This document shows positions 49,063-58,464 of a stretch of 64,000 nt of DNA, in pieces. The stretch comes from Bacillota bacterium (GTDB taxonomy: Bacteria; Bacillota; DTU025): assembly GCA_050951805.1 (NCBI GenBank), contig JBMNJT010000002.1, positions 1,280,001-1,344,000 of the forward strand, given 5' to 3'. Under the pieces are notes generated by a model, which was not told the origin of the DNA, did not search any database, and saw only the letters and a list, made by a program, of their open reading frames with translations. The first letter of the stretch is position 1, and the number at the start of each line of letters is the position of its first letter. Both the position numbers and the translations under genes were made by a program.

Positions 49063-50289
49063 TTATTTCTCCAGCTCAAATTCGGAATGGAGTGCGCGCG
49101 CCGCACGCTCCATATCGACCTCCGGAACCAGGCAGGAGATGGAGTAATGGGAGTCAGAGGTCTGCAGAATTCGTATTCCGGCGCCGTGAAGAGCCCTCAC
49201 TACCCTGGACATGACCCCGGGAACTCCTCTCATGCCCTCGCCTACTACAGACACCTTTGCGCAACCAGGATTAGCCACTGCCGAAAGGCCCAGCCTGTCA
49301 AGGGCACGCACAGCACGCGCCGAATCCCTTGCAGAGACGATGAAGGCGATCATGTCGGGGAAAACGTTGATCATGTCCACTGAGATATGATTATCCGCCA
49401 TGGTAGAAAAGACGTTGAGTGCAGCGTCATCAGCTTTGAAATCGTATTCCTCAAGCACTATCTGGGCCATGTTGCCTATGCACGTCACAGAGGAAACAAA
49501 CCGGTCTGGCACCGCAATAGGCATTCGTTGTGGCGGAATGTCAGTCACCAAAGTTCCCGGGCAATCCGAAAAAACGCTCTTGATCGCCAGAGGAATCCGC
49601 GCCTGACTCGCAATCTCAACCGCCCGTAAGTGGACCACCTTCGCCCCCAAGTTCGCCATCTCTATCAGCTCGCTGTACGTCATGGTCTCCTGGAATCTGG
49701 CGTTTGGCACGATATGTGGGTCGGCCGTCATCACGCCCTCTACATCTGTGTATATCTCGACCAGATCCGCACCAAGCGCAGCTGCCAGCGCTGCGGCGGT
49801 GGTGTCGCTGCCGCCCCGTCCCAACGTTGTTACGTCGCCCCCATCCGTGACTCCCTGGAATCCTGCCACAACAGGAACGACACCACTTGCAATCGCATTG
49901 TGGAGGCCCGCGGGGTCGATCCTCACTATGCGAGCATCGCCGAAATTGTCGTCTGTCTCGATTCCAGCCTGCGCCCCGGTAAACGACATGGCAGGGCAGC
50001 CCGACGCAACAAGAGCCGATACAAGCACCACAGAGGATATAATCTCTCCACACGCTGCTATGGCGTCACGCTCCCTAGGCGGGAGAGTATCTCCAGCGCA
50101 ATCTACCAGCGCCAGAAGGGCGTCTGTGGAGTAAGGAGCCGGTTTTCGCCCCATTGCAGATACTACTGCAACAACGTCATTGCCCGCGCGCCTCGCCTCC
50201 GCTATCCTCGAAACCACCAGCGCACACGCCTGGGCGTCCGCCACCGACGTGCCTCCAAATTTCTGAACAATAATGCCCACACGCGTCAC
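49063..50289 (-). CDS. dapG: Aspartate kinase I
   Basis: [20 protein letters not shown] domains; lies between asd and dapA. Confidence 0.92.
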   Translation of the reverse strand: MTRVGIIVQKFGGTSVADAQACALVVSRIAEARRAGNDVVAVVSAMGRKPAPYSTDALLALVDCAGDTLPPRERDAIAACGEIISSVVLVSALVASGCPAMSFTGAQAGIETDDNFGDARIVRIDPAGLHNAIASGVVPVVAGFQGVTDGGDVTTLGRGGSDTTAAALAAALGADLVEIYTDVEGVMTADPHIVPNARFQETMTYSELIEMANLGAKVVHLRAVEIASQARIPLAIKSVFSDCPGTLVTDIPPQRMPIAVPDRFVSSVTCIGNMAQIVLEEYDFKADDAALNVFSTMADNHISVDMINVFPDMIAFIVSARDSARAVRALDRLGLSAVANPGCAKVSVVGEGMRGVPGVMSRVVRALHGAGIRILQTSDSHYSISCLVPEVDMERAARALHSEFELEK

Positions 50290-51311
50290 CTCCGGTCATC
50301 ATAGAGCGCCAATCCTATCTGAACAGCGTTGGATGCGGCGCCTTTTCTGAGCTGATCACCTACGACCCAAAGCCACATGGCATTGGGCGCGGATGGATCC
50401 TCGCGCAACCTGCCAACCTCGACATCATCTTTGCCGGATACATGTATGGGCATTGGATATGCGAAACTCGCAGGATCATCCATCAACCTGATGCCCGGAG
50501 AGGAAGCCAACACAGCTCTGACTTCATCCATCGGAGCCCGTTGGCAAGTCTGCAGGTTTATCGACTCCGAATGGGACCGGAAGACCGGCACCCGGACGCA
50601 AGTCGCAGATATCTTGAGCGAGGGATCTTGCAGTATCTTTCTGATCTCATCGGTCATCTTGTATTCCTCGCGGGTATATCCGTCCTCACAGAACGAGTCC
50701 ACGTGAGGAATGACATTGAAGGCTATCTGATGATGTACCTCGGCGGATTTGTATGGCAGAACCGAGGGCAGTGGATCCAAGCCTGCAAGGACCGCTTCTG
50801 ACTCGTCCGCAAGGGCCTCTATTGCAGCATGCCCGGCTCCCGACACCGCCTGATAGGTCGACACGATCATACGCTCCAATCCCCAACGGCGGTATATTGG
50901 GGCCACTGCAACCACTGCTATTATGGTCGAACAGTTCGGGTTCGCAATTATGCCGCGATGCTCGTGGACAGCATCGATGTTGACTTCAGGAACCACAAGG
51001 GGAACCTCGGGATCCATCCTGAAAGCACTCGAGTTATCAATGACGAGCGTACCCCGGCGCGCCAGCTCCGGCGCCAATTTCCGGCTCACGCTGGCACCCG
51101 CGGCAAGGAACGCAACGTCTGCTCCCTCCAGGGCAGAGATCTCAGTATTTGTCACCGTGATCTCGCCCATGGGCGTCGAAACCTTGCTCCCCGCTGATCT
51201 GGGAGACGATGCAAGAATCAAATCTGACACGGGAAACTCCAACTCGAATATGGCAGAGACTATCTCTCTGCCGACGGCACCTGTTGCGCCCACAACTGCT
51301 ACTCTCAACAA
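50286..51311 (-). CDS. asd: Aspartate-semialdehyde dehydrogenase
   Basis: VGATGAVG, ANPNCST, YQAVSGAG, LRKGAA. Confidence 0.97.
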   Translation of the reverse strand: MLRVAVVGATGAVGREIVSAIFELEFPVSDLILASSPRSAGSKVSTPMGEITVTNTEISALEGADVAFLAAGASVSRKLAPELARRGTLVIDNSSAFRMDPEVPLVVPEVNIDAVHEHRGIIANPNCSTIIAVVAVAPIYRRWGLERMIVSTYQAVSGAGHAAIEALADESEAVLAGLDPLPSVLPYKSAEVHHQIAFNVIPHVDSFCEDGYTREEYKMTDEIRKILQDPSLKISATCVRVPVFRSHSESINLQTCQRAPMDEVRAVLASSPGIRLMDDPASFAYPMPIHVSGKDDVEVGRLREDPSAPNAMWLWVVGDQLRKGAASNAVQIGLALYDDRR

Positions 51312-51430
51312 CTGGCATCAACCCCCACAACTTGTATGAACATGCACATCAAAAATGCCTTCAGGCAGATGAAGCTGCCTGGCGCGTGCCGATTAGGCAT
51401 ACTTATTGGCGACAGCCCCTGGAATTCCTG

Positions 51431-52039
51431 CTACGAACGGCGCAAGTCCTTCCACTTTTCGACGAGCAAAGGTTGGACTTGTCTACCAGCCAAAGCTTCC
51501 TCCACTGTCCTCTCCATCTCGCTCATGCGCGACACAATCGAAGTCGGCTTCCCAATCGGATCATCCTGCCCATATGGTATAAAATATACATTTTTCCGCG
51601 AATGAAGCATGCCTATGTTGCGTGCGCACCCTGACAGGCCATCATTTGTTGCAATTCCGATTACCACGGGTCTCCCATTGCGAAGCTGCGCTTTGGCCGC
51701 CATTAACACCGGAGAATCCGTTATGCCCAGAGCAAGCTTTGCGACTGTATTGCCAGTGCACGGCGCAATTACCAAACAGTCCAAGAGTTTTTTGGGCCCT
51801 ACCGGTTCGGCCTTAGTCATCGTATCAATAACCCGCGTTCCCGTCATCTTCTCCAGTTTCTCGCGGATATCCTGTGCCCGCCCGAACCTGGTGTCAGTAT
51901 GGGAAACCGACTCCGAGAGTATTGGGATCACAGCAGCGCCCCCCATGATGAGCTTCTCTATCTCAGGCAGCACCTCGGGGATAGTGCAATGTGAACCGGT
52001 AAGGGCAATCCCAATCGTCTTCCCTTCCAGTGCCATCAA
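51431..52039 (-). CDS. spoVFB: Dipicolinate synthase subunit B
   Basis: LTGSHCT, DTRFG, APCTGNT, ATNDGL, PYGQDDP. Confidence 0.96.
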   Translation of the reverse strand: MMALEGKTIGIALTGSHCTIPEVLPEIEKLIMGGAAVIPILSESVSHTDTRFGRAQDIREKLEKMTGTRVIDTMTKAEPVGPKKLLDCLVIAPCTGNTVAKLALGITDSPVLMAAKAQLRNGRPVVIGIATNDGLSGCARNIGMLHSRKNVYFIPYGQDDPIGKPTSIVSRMSEMERTVEEALAGRQVQPLLVEKWKDLRRS

Positions 52040-52104
52040 CTTACACCTCCATCAATCGTCCCTTTCCACCCGGCGCGCGTTCGTTCATGAACATCGCCGA
52101 TTGC

Positions 52105-52132
52105 AGTATATGGCCGATGTCATATGGAGGTG
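52105..52132 (-). promoter_or_regulatory. SigK-type promoter of spoVFB
   Basis: CACC-N16-CATATACT. spoVF is SigK-dependent in B. subtilis. Confidence 0.6.
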
Positions 52133-52229
52133 TCTGTCCGCGCACAGCGCAGGCCCGGGATAGACATGGGTGCGTGCCTCAAACGCGGCTCGCAACAAGC
52201 CCAAAAAAGGCCCCTATGCGCCACAGAGC

Positions 52230-53021
52230 TTACTCTAGCAGGGGATCAAGCCCCAGAACAACATGGTCCAATTGACTGACCTTGCGAACAGCTAGAAGCA
52301 CTCCGGGCATGAAGGAATCACGGCCCAGCGAATCATGCCTCACAGTAAGGGTTTGCCCCGGACCGCCGAATATGACTTCCTGGTGCGCCACTAGGCCAGG
52401 CAAACGAACCGAATGAATCGGGACGCCCTCTACCTCTACGCCCCTAATGCCTCCATCAAGCCCCCTCCGGGAGACAGCGTCGCCCCTCCCGGATGCGACT
52501 TCATGGGCAGTAGCTTTCGCGGTGCCTGACGGAAAATCAACTTTGCCGTCATGATGCAGCTCCACTATTTCACAGTCCGGGAAGTACCTCGACGCCTCCC
52601 TCGCAAACCTCATCATCAATACTGCGCCAAGGGCGAAATTGGGAACAACGGCTCCCCCCACCCCTGCCTGGGCCGCTTCGTTCATGATCGATTCCATCGT
52701 CGACGCCGACATCCCTGTAGTGCCGACAACGAATCGCACCTTCCGAGATATGGCCATCTTTATGTTGGCTTCAGCGGCTTTGGCCACAGTAAAATCGACC
52801 ATCACATCGGGAGCGGTTTTATCCAGGACTTCGGCAAGATCAGTGCAAATGGCGATCCCAACCTCGCCTATCCCCGCCGCCGTTCCGGCATCCTGTCCTG
52901 CCATGACTACGTCGACAGCTCCGACAAGCTCCATGTCTTCGGCACGACATATCGCCCGCACAACCTCACGGCCCATTCTTCCTGCAGCTCCCGCAATCAC
53001 GACCTTGATAACGCGATTCAA
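52230..53021 (-). CDS. dapB: 4-hydroxy-tetrahydrodipicolinate reductase
   Basis: GAAGRMG, VVGTTG, ELHHDGKVDFPSGTA, HSVRLPG. Confidence 0.96.
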   Translation of the reverse strand: MNRVIKVVIAGAAGRMGREVVRAICRAEDMELVGAVDVVMAGQDAGTAAGIGEVGIAICTDLAEVLDKTAPDVMVDFTVAKAAEANIKMAISRKVRFVVGTTGMSASTMESIMNEAAQAGVGGAVVPNFALGAVLMMRFAREASRYFPDCEIVELHHDGKVDFPSGTAKATAHEVASGRGDAVSRRGLDGGIRGVEVEGVPIHSVRLPGLVAHQEVIFGGPGQTLTVRHDSLGRDSFMPGVLLAVRKVSQLDHVVLGLDPLLE

Positions 53022-53269
53022 CCTAAGCCAGCCCCCTTCTGCTGCTCTGCCTGTTAACATGTCTAATTCTTCAGACATAGATCTATTACCCCATCACTAC
53101 TAGGCAGGTGTGAAACCCCGAGCGCCTTTTCCACAAGGGGGCCGGTTGACGGCCATTGCCGCAACCGGCCCATCCCGCTCAACGGAGGAGTTTGCCAACG
53201 GCCCCTGCAAGCCCTGGACGCTCCCCGAGTTCTGCTGAGATATGCCAGCCTTCCAGAGGGCCGCCTTCC

Positions 53270-53755
53270 TTAGTGTGTTTCTACGTCAGACGCGCCGTAC
53301 TCGCGCATGATGCGCGCAGCATCATTCACCTTGTCAGAACCCGCATCAACCACAGCTAGAATTCGGCCCGCTTTGACCTTCCCTTCGTAAAACTCTCCCC
53401 TCTCTGAGGGGATTCCCATATCGACTAATCCTCCAACCAGGCCTCCTCCTACAGCCCCAGTAAGGGTCGCTGCGATAGGCCCGGCGGCCACAATAGGTCC
53501 GATCCCCGGAATCGCCAAGGCGCCCAGGCCCGCGAGGAGACCTGCCATTCCTCCAATAGCTCCACCGGTAGCGGTACCCTCCAGCGCAGTGTCGCCCCCA
53601 GCCATGGTGGGCCCGCCACCCTGCTGCTCTCCGCCTTTTCCAGACTCCCTAGCCACCAGCGATATTCGGTTGTAGTCAAAACCCGAGTTTCGCAGTTCCC
53701 GAATGCAGAATTCCGCGGCATCCCGCGACGCGAAAGTGCCTATTACCTTCGACAT
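53270..53755 (-). CDS. YflT-like/general stress protein with glycine-rich membrane segment
   Basis: VIGTF, GALAIPGIGPIVAAGP, GLVDMGIP. Confidence 0.85.
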   Translation of the reverse strand: MSKVIGTFASRDAAEFCIRELRNSGFDYNRISLVARESGKGGEQQGGGPTMAGGDTALEGTATGGAIGGMAGLLAGLGALAIPGIGPIVAAGPIAATLTGAVGGGLVGGLVDMGIPSERGEFYEGKVKAGRILAVVDAGSDKVNDAARIMREYGASDVETH

Positions 53756-53798
53756 GATTCGACCTCCTTGTATCCTGCAAAAGCTTGAGCACTGCGCT

Positions 53799-53827
53799 TA
53801 GTTTAACCAGGAGGTCATGGTTCATTC
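53799..53827 (-). promoter_or_regulatory. SigF/SigG-type promoter of the YflT-like gene
   Basis: GAATG-N14-GGTTAAACTA; the -10 matches GGnnAnAnTA. Confidence 0.5.
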
Positions 53828-53922
53828 TGAACCGCTTCCGCCGCTGCGCGCAGGCGATATCCTTAGATTCGAATCCTTTGCCGCAGGGACTCGGGGACGC
53901 TATGGCAATCGAGTGAGGCTTA

Positions 53923-54120
53923 TCAATCAACAGTGTGACCAACCTGATCCTTCACTCTAAGGAAGTCGAGGATAAGCGCGTCCAGCCGATCTGATACTGA
54001 GCATGCTCTGTCCAGATCGGCTATGGCACCCTCACGCGTCGCTGTCTCACGCAGCTCGGCCCTCAATTCCTCGATCTCCGTTTTCAACTGTTCAAGTCTG
54101 GCTGCTATGGCCTCAGCCAT
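53923..54120 (-). CDS. Spo0E-like aspartyl-phosphate phosphatase
   Basis: IEELRAEL...SDRLDALI (variant of SQELD); SD GAGGTG before ATG 54120. Confidence 0.75.
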   Translation of the reverse strand: MAEAIAARLEQLKTEIEELRAELRETATREGAIADLDRACSVSDRLDALILDFLRVKDQVGHTVD

Positions 54121-54655
54121 CAGTGCACCTCTTTCCATCAACATCGGAAACGCCTGTGCTTCCGAATCCGCCTTCTCCCCGCTCTGTTTCATCCAGCTCA
54201 GCTGTTTCGAGGAGCTCCACTTTGACAACTGGGGCGATCACAAGCTGCGCTATTCGGTCGCCATTGGCGATAGTGTACGGTTCAAATCCATGGTTTATTA
54301 GTATCACACCGATTTCGCCGCGGTAATCTGCATCAATGGTTCCAGGCGAATTAAGGACCGTGATCCCAAACTTAGCAGCCAGCCCACTTCTAGGCCGCAC
54401 CTGACCCTCATACCCTTCGGGAATAGCCATCTTAAGGCCTGTCGGAATCATCCTGTATTCTCCGGGCGCAAGCTCTACCTTATCCTCAAGGCACGCCATA
54501 AGATCGATTCCCGCAGCCGACCCGCTCATGTATCCTGGAAGTGACGGACAAGGCCTCCGTTCATCTATAACGGGCATCACCCTTACAACAGGACGCGAGT
54601 CCTGAGCGTTGCAAAGCTTAGAGCTTTCTCCATAGCAGTCTTGGCGTTCTGACAA
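54113..54655 (-). CDS. dut: dUTP diphosphatase
   Basis: [37 protein letters not shown]. Confidence 0.96.
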   Translation of the reverse strand: MSERQDCYGESSKLCNAQDSRPVVRVMPVIDERRPCPSLPGYMSGSAAGIDLMACLEDKVELAPGEYRMIPTGLKMAIPEGYEGQVRPRSGLAAKFGITVLNSPGTIDADYRGEIGVILINHGFEPYTIANGDRIAQLVIAPVVKVELLETAELDETERGEGGFGSTGVSDVDGKRCTDG

Positions 54656-54975
54656 TTAGAATTCACTTCCTTGACACGTGCAATATGCGAAGATTTGTGG
54701 CAAAGGGAGGCAAAAACCTCCGAGATACCGCATCCCCAACAGATTTGAATTCTTTCTGCCGAGCAGAAGTCCTGCGAAGGTTGGATAAACACATCGAAAA
54801 AGATGTGTGCTCCGACAGCCTTTTTCGTGCGCTAACGGTCGATTGATATTTCCAGCTATCTCTATTCCAGCCCCTATTTACTTGAAGGAAATAAGGAGGC
54901 AGCGACGAAATCCTCTCTCAGCTGCGCTGCGGCAGACGATACAATATTACGTCTACCTGGAGAGGAGGGCGCCCG

Positions 54976-56313
54976 GTGCAACCTAACACCACTGCAACAG
55001 CATTGGTCATTCTCATGTACATTGCAAGCTCTATTGCAGGCATGCGCACCAACAAGACAAATCCGGGCGTTCAAACGCCTCCGGGTATACAGACTACATC
55101 ACCCACCCCCCAAACAGAAAAAAACGCAGTACTGGATCTTGCAAGCCGCAGCGCAGCCATTTCGGAAACGGCCAACGTCCGCTCCGGCCCGGGAACGAAT
55201 TACCCCAAAACCGGCAAGCTCGCCAAGAACACCCCTGTGCGCTTGGTTAGCCAGGCCAACGGGTGGTATCAGGTATCGCTCCCAAACGGAGGCTATGGAT
55301 GGGTCGCCGGATCATTGCTGCGAATTGGACAGCCCTCAGGTGCGCCCGCGCAGCTTAAGCACGATGTTGTGGGATACTACACTGTGAACTATCCAGGCGA
55401 CAAGTCGTCATACAACGTCCTCGACTCCCACTCAAGGTCGCTGACGGCCATAGCGCCGTTTTCATACGCCGTGGACAGAGCCGGGAACGTCACTGGCGAG
55501 CATTTTCATGACGCCATGGAAATAGCCTCCTCCCGTGGACTCAGCAACCTCGCTCTTGTCCACAATCTTAATGGCAAATCGTTTAACCAGAGCGATATCC
55601 ATTCGATGCTCAACTCGAAGGCTGCGAGAGAGCGGGCGATCAGGGACATCTATGATCTTGTTAAGAAAAATGGATATGATGGAGTCAATATCGACTTCGA
55701 AAACGTTCCTCCTGGAGACAGAAGAGTGCTGACCCAGTTCATGCAGGAGCTCAGGTCGAAGCTGGGGCCGGCGGGATACAAGGTGACAATGTCGGTGCCA
55801 GCGAAGTATAAGGATTCTCCGTCATCTGCATGGATTGGCGCATTCGACTACTACGCCCTGGGCAAAGTATGTGATCAGATAATGCTGATGACCTACGATC
55901 AACACACGTCCGGCACGGGGCCAGGGCCTGTCGCGTCTGTGCAATGGGTAGAAAAGGTGATCAAGTACGCCATGACACAGATGCCGAAGAAAAAGATCTT
56001 GGTGGGCATCGCCGCCTACGGCTATGACTGGAACACCAGTACAAACCGTGCGAAAGCGATCTCCTACAGCCAGGCCATTAGGACGGCAGAACGACACGGG
56101 ACGAAGATCTCATGGGATAACGCTTCACAGAGCCCATACTTCCGCTACAAGTCGGGCAACGTGACAAGGGAAGTATGGTTTGAAAGCGCAGACAGCATGA
56201 GCGCCAAGCTGAAGCTTGTCAAAAAGCACGACCTTGGCGGGATCGCCATATGGCGACTCGGGCAGGAAGATGCGGGTTACTGGAAGGTTATAGAACGGGA
56301 ATTGCAGAACTAG
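54976..56313 (+). CDS. SH3b-domain GH18 glycosyl hydrolase (YaaH/SleL-like)
   Basis: ANVRSGPG...GWV SH3 domain; DGVNIDFE, MTYD, IAIWRLG; strong SD. Confidence 0.92.
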   Translation: MQPNTTATALVILMYIASSIAGMRTNKTNPGVQTPPGIQTTSPTPQTEKNAVLDLASRSAAISETANVRSGPGTNYPKTGKLAKNTPVRLVSQANGWYQVSLPNGGYGWVAGSLLRIGQPSGAPAQLKHDVVGYYTVNYPGDKSSYNVLDSHSRSLTAIAPFSYAVDRAGNVTGEHFHDAMEIASSRGLSNLALVHNLNGKSFNQSDIHSMLNSKAARERAIRDIYDLVKKNGYDGVNIDFENVPPGDRRVLTQFMQELRSKLGPAGYKVTMSVPAKYKDSPSSAWIGAFDYYALGKVCDQIMLMTYDQHTSGTGPGPVASVQWVEKVIKYAMTQMPKKKILVGIAAYGYDWNTSTNRAKAISYSQAIRTAERHGTKISWDNASQSPYFRYKSGNVTREVWFESADSMSAKLKLVKKHDLGGIAIWRLGQEDAGYWKVIERELQN

Positions 56314-56326
56314 CGGGGCGTGCGGT

Positions 56327-57325
56327 TCACCTCGTGTGTACCGCCGGGCCCAACTCGAGGAGGCGTGACACAGTCACTGCCTTGTAGCCTTTTTCCGCAA
56401 ATCGCTCCAGAATCACGGGAAGCGCTGCAACAGTAGGCTCGGTGGGATGGACCAAGATAATGTTTCCCCCTGCTAACCGCCGCTCCGCTCTTTCCACTAT
56501 GACCCCCGGTTCCGGGCGTTGCCAATCTATGGTGTCAACAGTCCACATGATCGTGGCATAACCCAATCGGCCCGCCACAGCCGCAATTCTCTGATTGACC
56601 TCTCCATAGGGAGGCGCAAAGAGCCTGGTGCGCACTCCAGTGAGTTCTCTCAAGAGAGTCTCATTCTTCTCGATCAACGCCACTAACTCGCTCTCGGAGA
56701 GCTTTTCAGGGTGCGGATGATCATAGCCATGATTGGCGATCTCATTCCCTGCTGCGACCATCGCCTGGACCAAATGGGGAAACTTTGCTGCCCATGTTCC
56801 GGTAATGAAGAATGTACTTTTCGCGCCAGCTTCAGCAAGAATCTCAAGAATTGCCGGAACCCATTCTTCTCCCCATGCCACGTTGAATGCCAAAGCCACC
56901 GCGGGTTCCGACGTATCAACCCTGTATATCGGTTTGAGCATCGCGGCGGTTACCGCGGGGGGAACCTGCCGCGTAACCAGGTCTAAAACGGCCCCCCGCG
57001 GCGCCGCCATGACTGACGTCACCGTGTTGTCGATATCTACTATAATGCCGGGTTCCTCCGGAACTATCTCGCCTGTCTCAGCATGATACATCGCTTCCTT
57101 GGGGCTTCTTTCGACCTTGCCCGCCAACCCCAACACGATGCTCCTTACTTCTTCTTTGTACAGCCCGCCCACGTCCACATCGCGCACTCTCACCCCAGGC
57201 TTTGCTCCAAGGGCAGCCCGACGCATTCGAGGCATGCTTACCACTATATACGCAGCCACGATAGCCAAAATGACCCCGAGGACTATGAGGATAAGCGTCC
57301 GTCGCCTAATGGTGATGAAGATCAT
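56327..57325 (-). CDS. Polysaccharide deacetylase (YlxY-like)
   Basis: FNVAWG, NHGYDH, FAPPYG, WTVDTIDW, ILVHPT; N-terminal TM. Confidence 0.9.
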   Translation of the reverse strand: MIFITIRRRTLILIVLGVILAIVAAYIVVSMPRMRRAALGAKPGVRVRDVDVGGLYKEEVRSIVLGLAGKVERSPKEAMYHAETGEIVPEEPGIIVDIDNTVTSVMAAPRGAVLDLVTRQVPPAVTAAMLKPIYRVDTSEPAVALAFNVAWGEEWVPAILEILAEAGAKSTFFITGTWAAKFPHLVQAMVAAGNEIANHGYDHPHPEKLSESELVALIEKNETLLRELTGVRTRLFAPPYGEVNQRIAAVAGRLGYATIMWTVDTIDWQRPEPGVIVERAERRLAGGNIILVHPTEPTVAALPVILERFAEKGYKAVTVSRLLELGPAVHTR

Positions 57326-57420
57326 GTCGCCGTTCCTCCCACCCTCTATTTGGATTGGGCGCTCCCCGCTCGCATCATCGATTCCTACAGGCTTTCGTCG
57401 TTCATTGCCCGCCACTTCCT

Positions 57421-58287
57421 CTACCGACGCAACCCCGATGACGAATCAGATGTCGGTGGGCTTTGCTGGGGTAAACTCGGCTCTGCGCGGGTTCTCACCT
57501 TGACCGGCCTTTGTTCCCCGGTGTTTCGATCTATGTAGTAGTCGCTTGAGTAGATGAGCTCCGATACGGGAACCACCGCGTAGCCTTGGGCCTTGAGATC
57601 CCGGATTATCCTGTCGAGCGCCTCCGGCGTGTGTTTCCCGGCATTGTGAAAGAGGATTATCGATCCAGGCCCCACCCGTTTCATTACCCGATCATAAATC
57701 TGGTCTGCAGTCAGGTCTTTCCAATCTAGAGAATCGATACTCCATTGAATCGTCTTGCATCCGCATTCTTCGGCGATGGTTATTACGGAGTTCGTGTATT
57801 CGCCGAAGGGGGGACGAAACACGGTAGGCCTCACCCCAGTCAGGTCGCACAGAGCAGATTGGGTGCGTTCCAGTTCTTCCCTGATTTGTGCAGATGACAG
57901 TCCGCCCATGTGTGGATGGGTCCAGGAGTGATTACCCACCTCGTGGCCGCGCGCGGCTATAGCCTTGACCTTTTCCGGATAAGACTTTATCCAGTTGCCT
58001 GCCAGGAAGAATGTGACCTTGATCTCGTGCTTATCGAAGAGGTCAAGGAGAGCCAGTGTCTTGTCGTCGCCCCATGTAGCATCGACCGTTACCGATACGG
58101 TCTTGTCGTCGCGAGCAACGGAGTATATGGGAACGAGTCTGCCGCCTGTGCTCACCGCAGAGATCACACCCATACCCACCTCGGCAGTGGCGTTTCCAAA
58201 GAGGGTTAGAACGAAAGATAAAACAAAAGCCACACATGCCACGTCAAGGAGCGTCCGCCATTTGCTCAATATACGGAAGAACACCAC
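57421..58287 (-). CDS. Polysaccharide deacetylase (PdaB-like)
   Basis: TVDATWG, NHSWTH, FRPPFG, WSIDSLDW, ILFHN. Confidence 0.9.
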   Translation of the reverse strand: MVFFRILSKWRTLLDVACVAFVLSFVLTLFGNATAEVGMGVISAVSTGGRLVPIYSVARDDKTVSVTVDATWGDDKTLALLDLFDKHEIKVTFFLAGNWIKSYPEKVKAIAARGHEVGNHSWTHPHMGGLSSAQIREELERTQSALCDLTGVRPTVFRPPFGEYTNSVITIAEECGCKTIQWSIDSLDWKDLTADQIYDRVMKRVGPGSIILFHNAGKHTPEALDRIIRDLKAQGYAVVPVSELIYSSDYYIDRNTGEQRPVKVRTRAEPSLPQQSPPTSDSSSGLRR

Positions 58288-58464
58288 TGAAATCACCCTT
58301 CTCGCGATTGTTGCCACTAATACATATGCAAAGGGACGGGGTATAGAATATGAGATAATGTAGAGTGCCGCAAGATCATGACGCGGCGAGGCCTCGGAGA
58401 GCATGGGGGAAGAGACTGCCATGGTCGCGAAAATCGAGTTCTAACCTGACTGCGGTCTATCTCC

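Noticed and set aside
53100-53269. Lysine riboswitch upstream of dapB
   Set aside because: No AGAGGYGC-type L-box start. Only a GGGCCGGTTG/CAACCGGCCC hairpin, probably a terminator.
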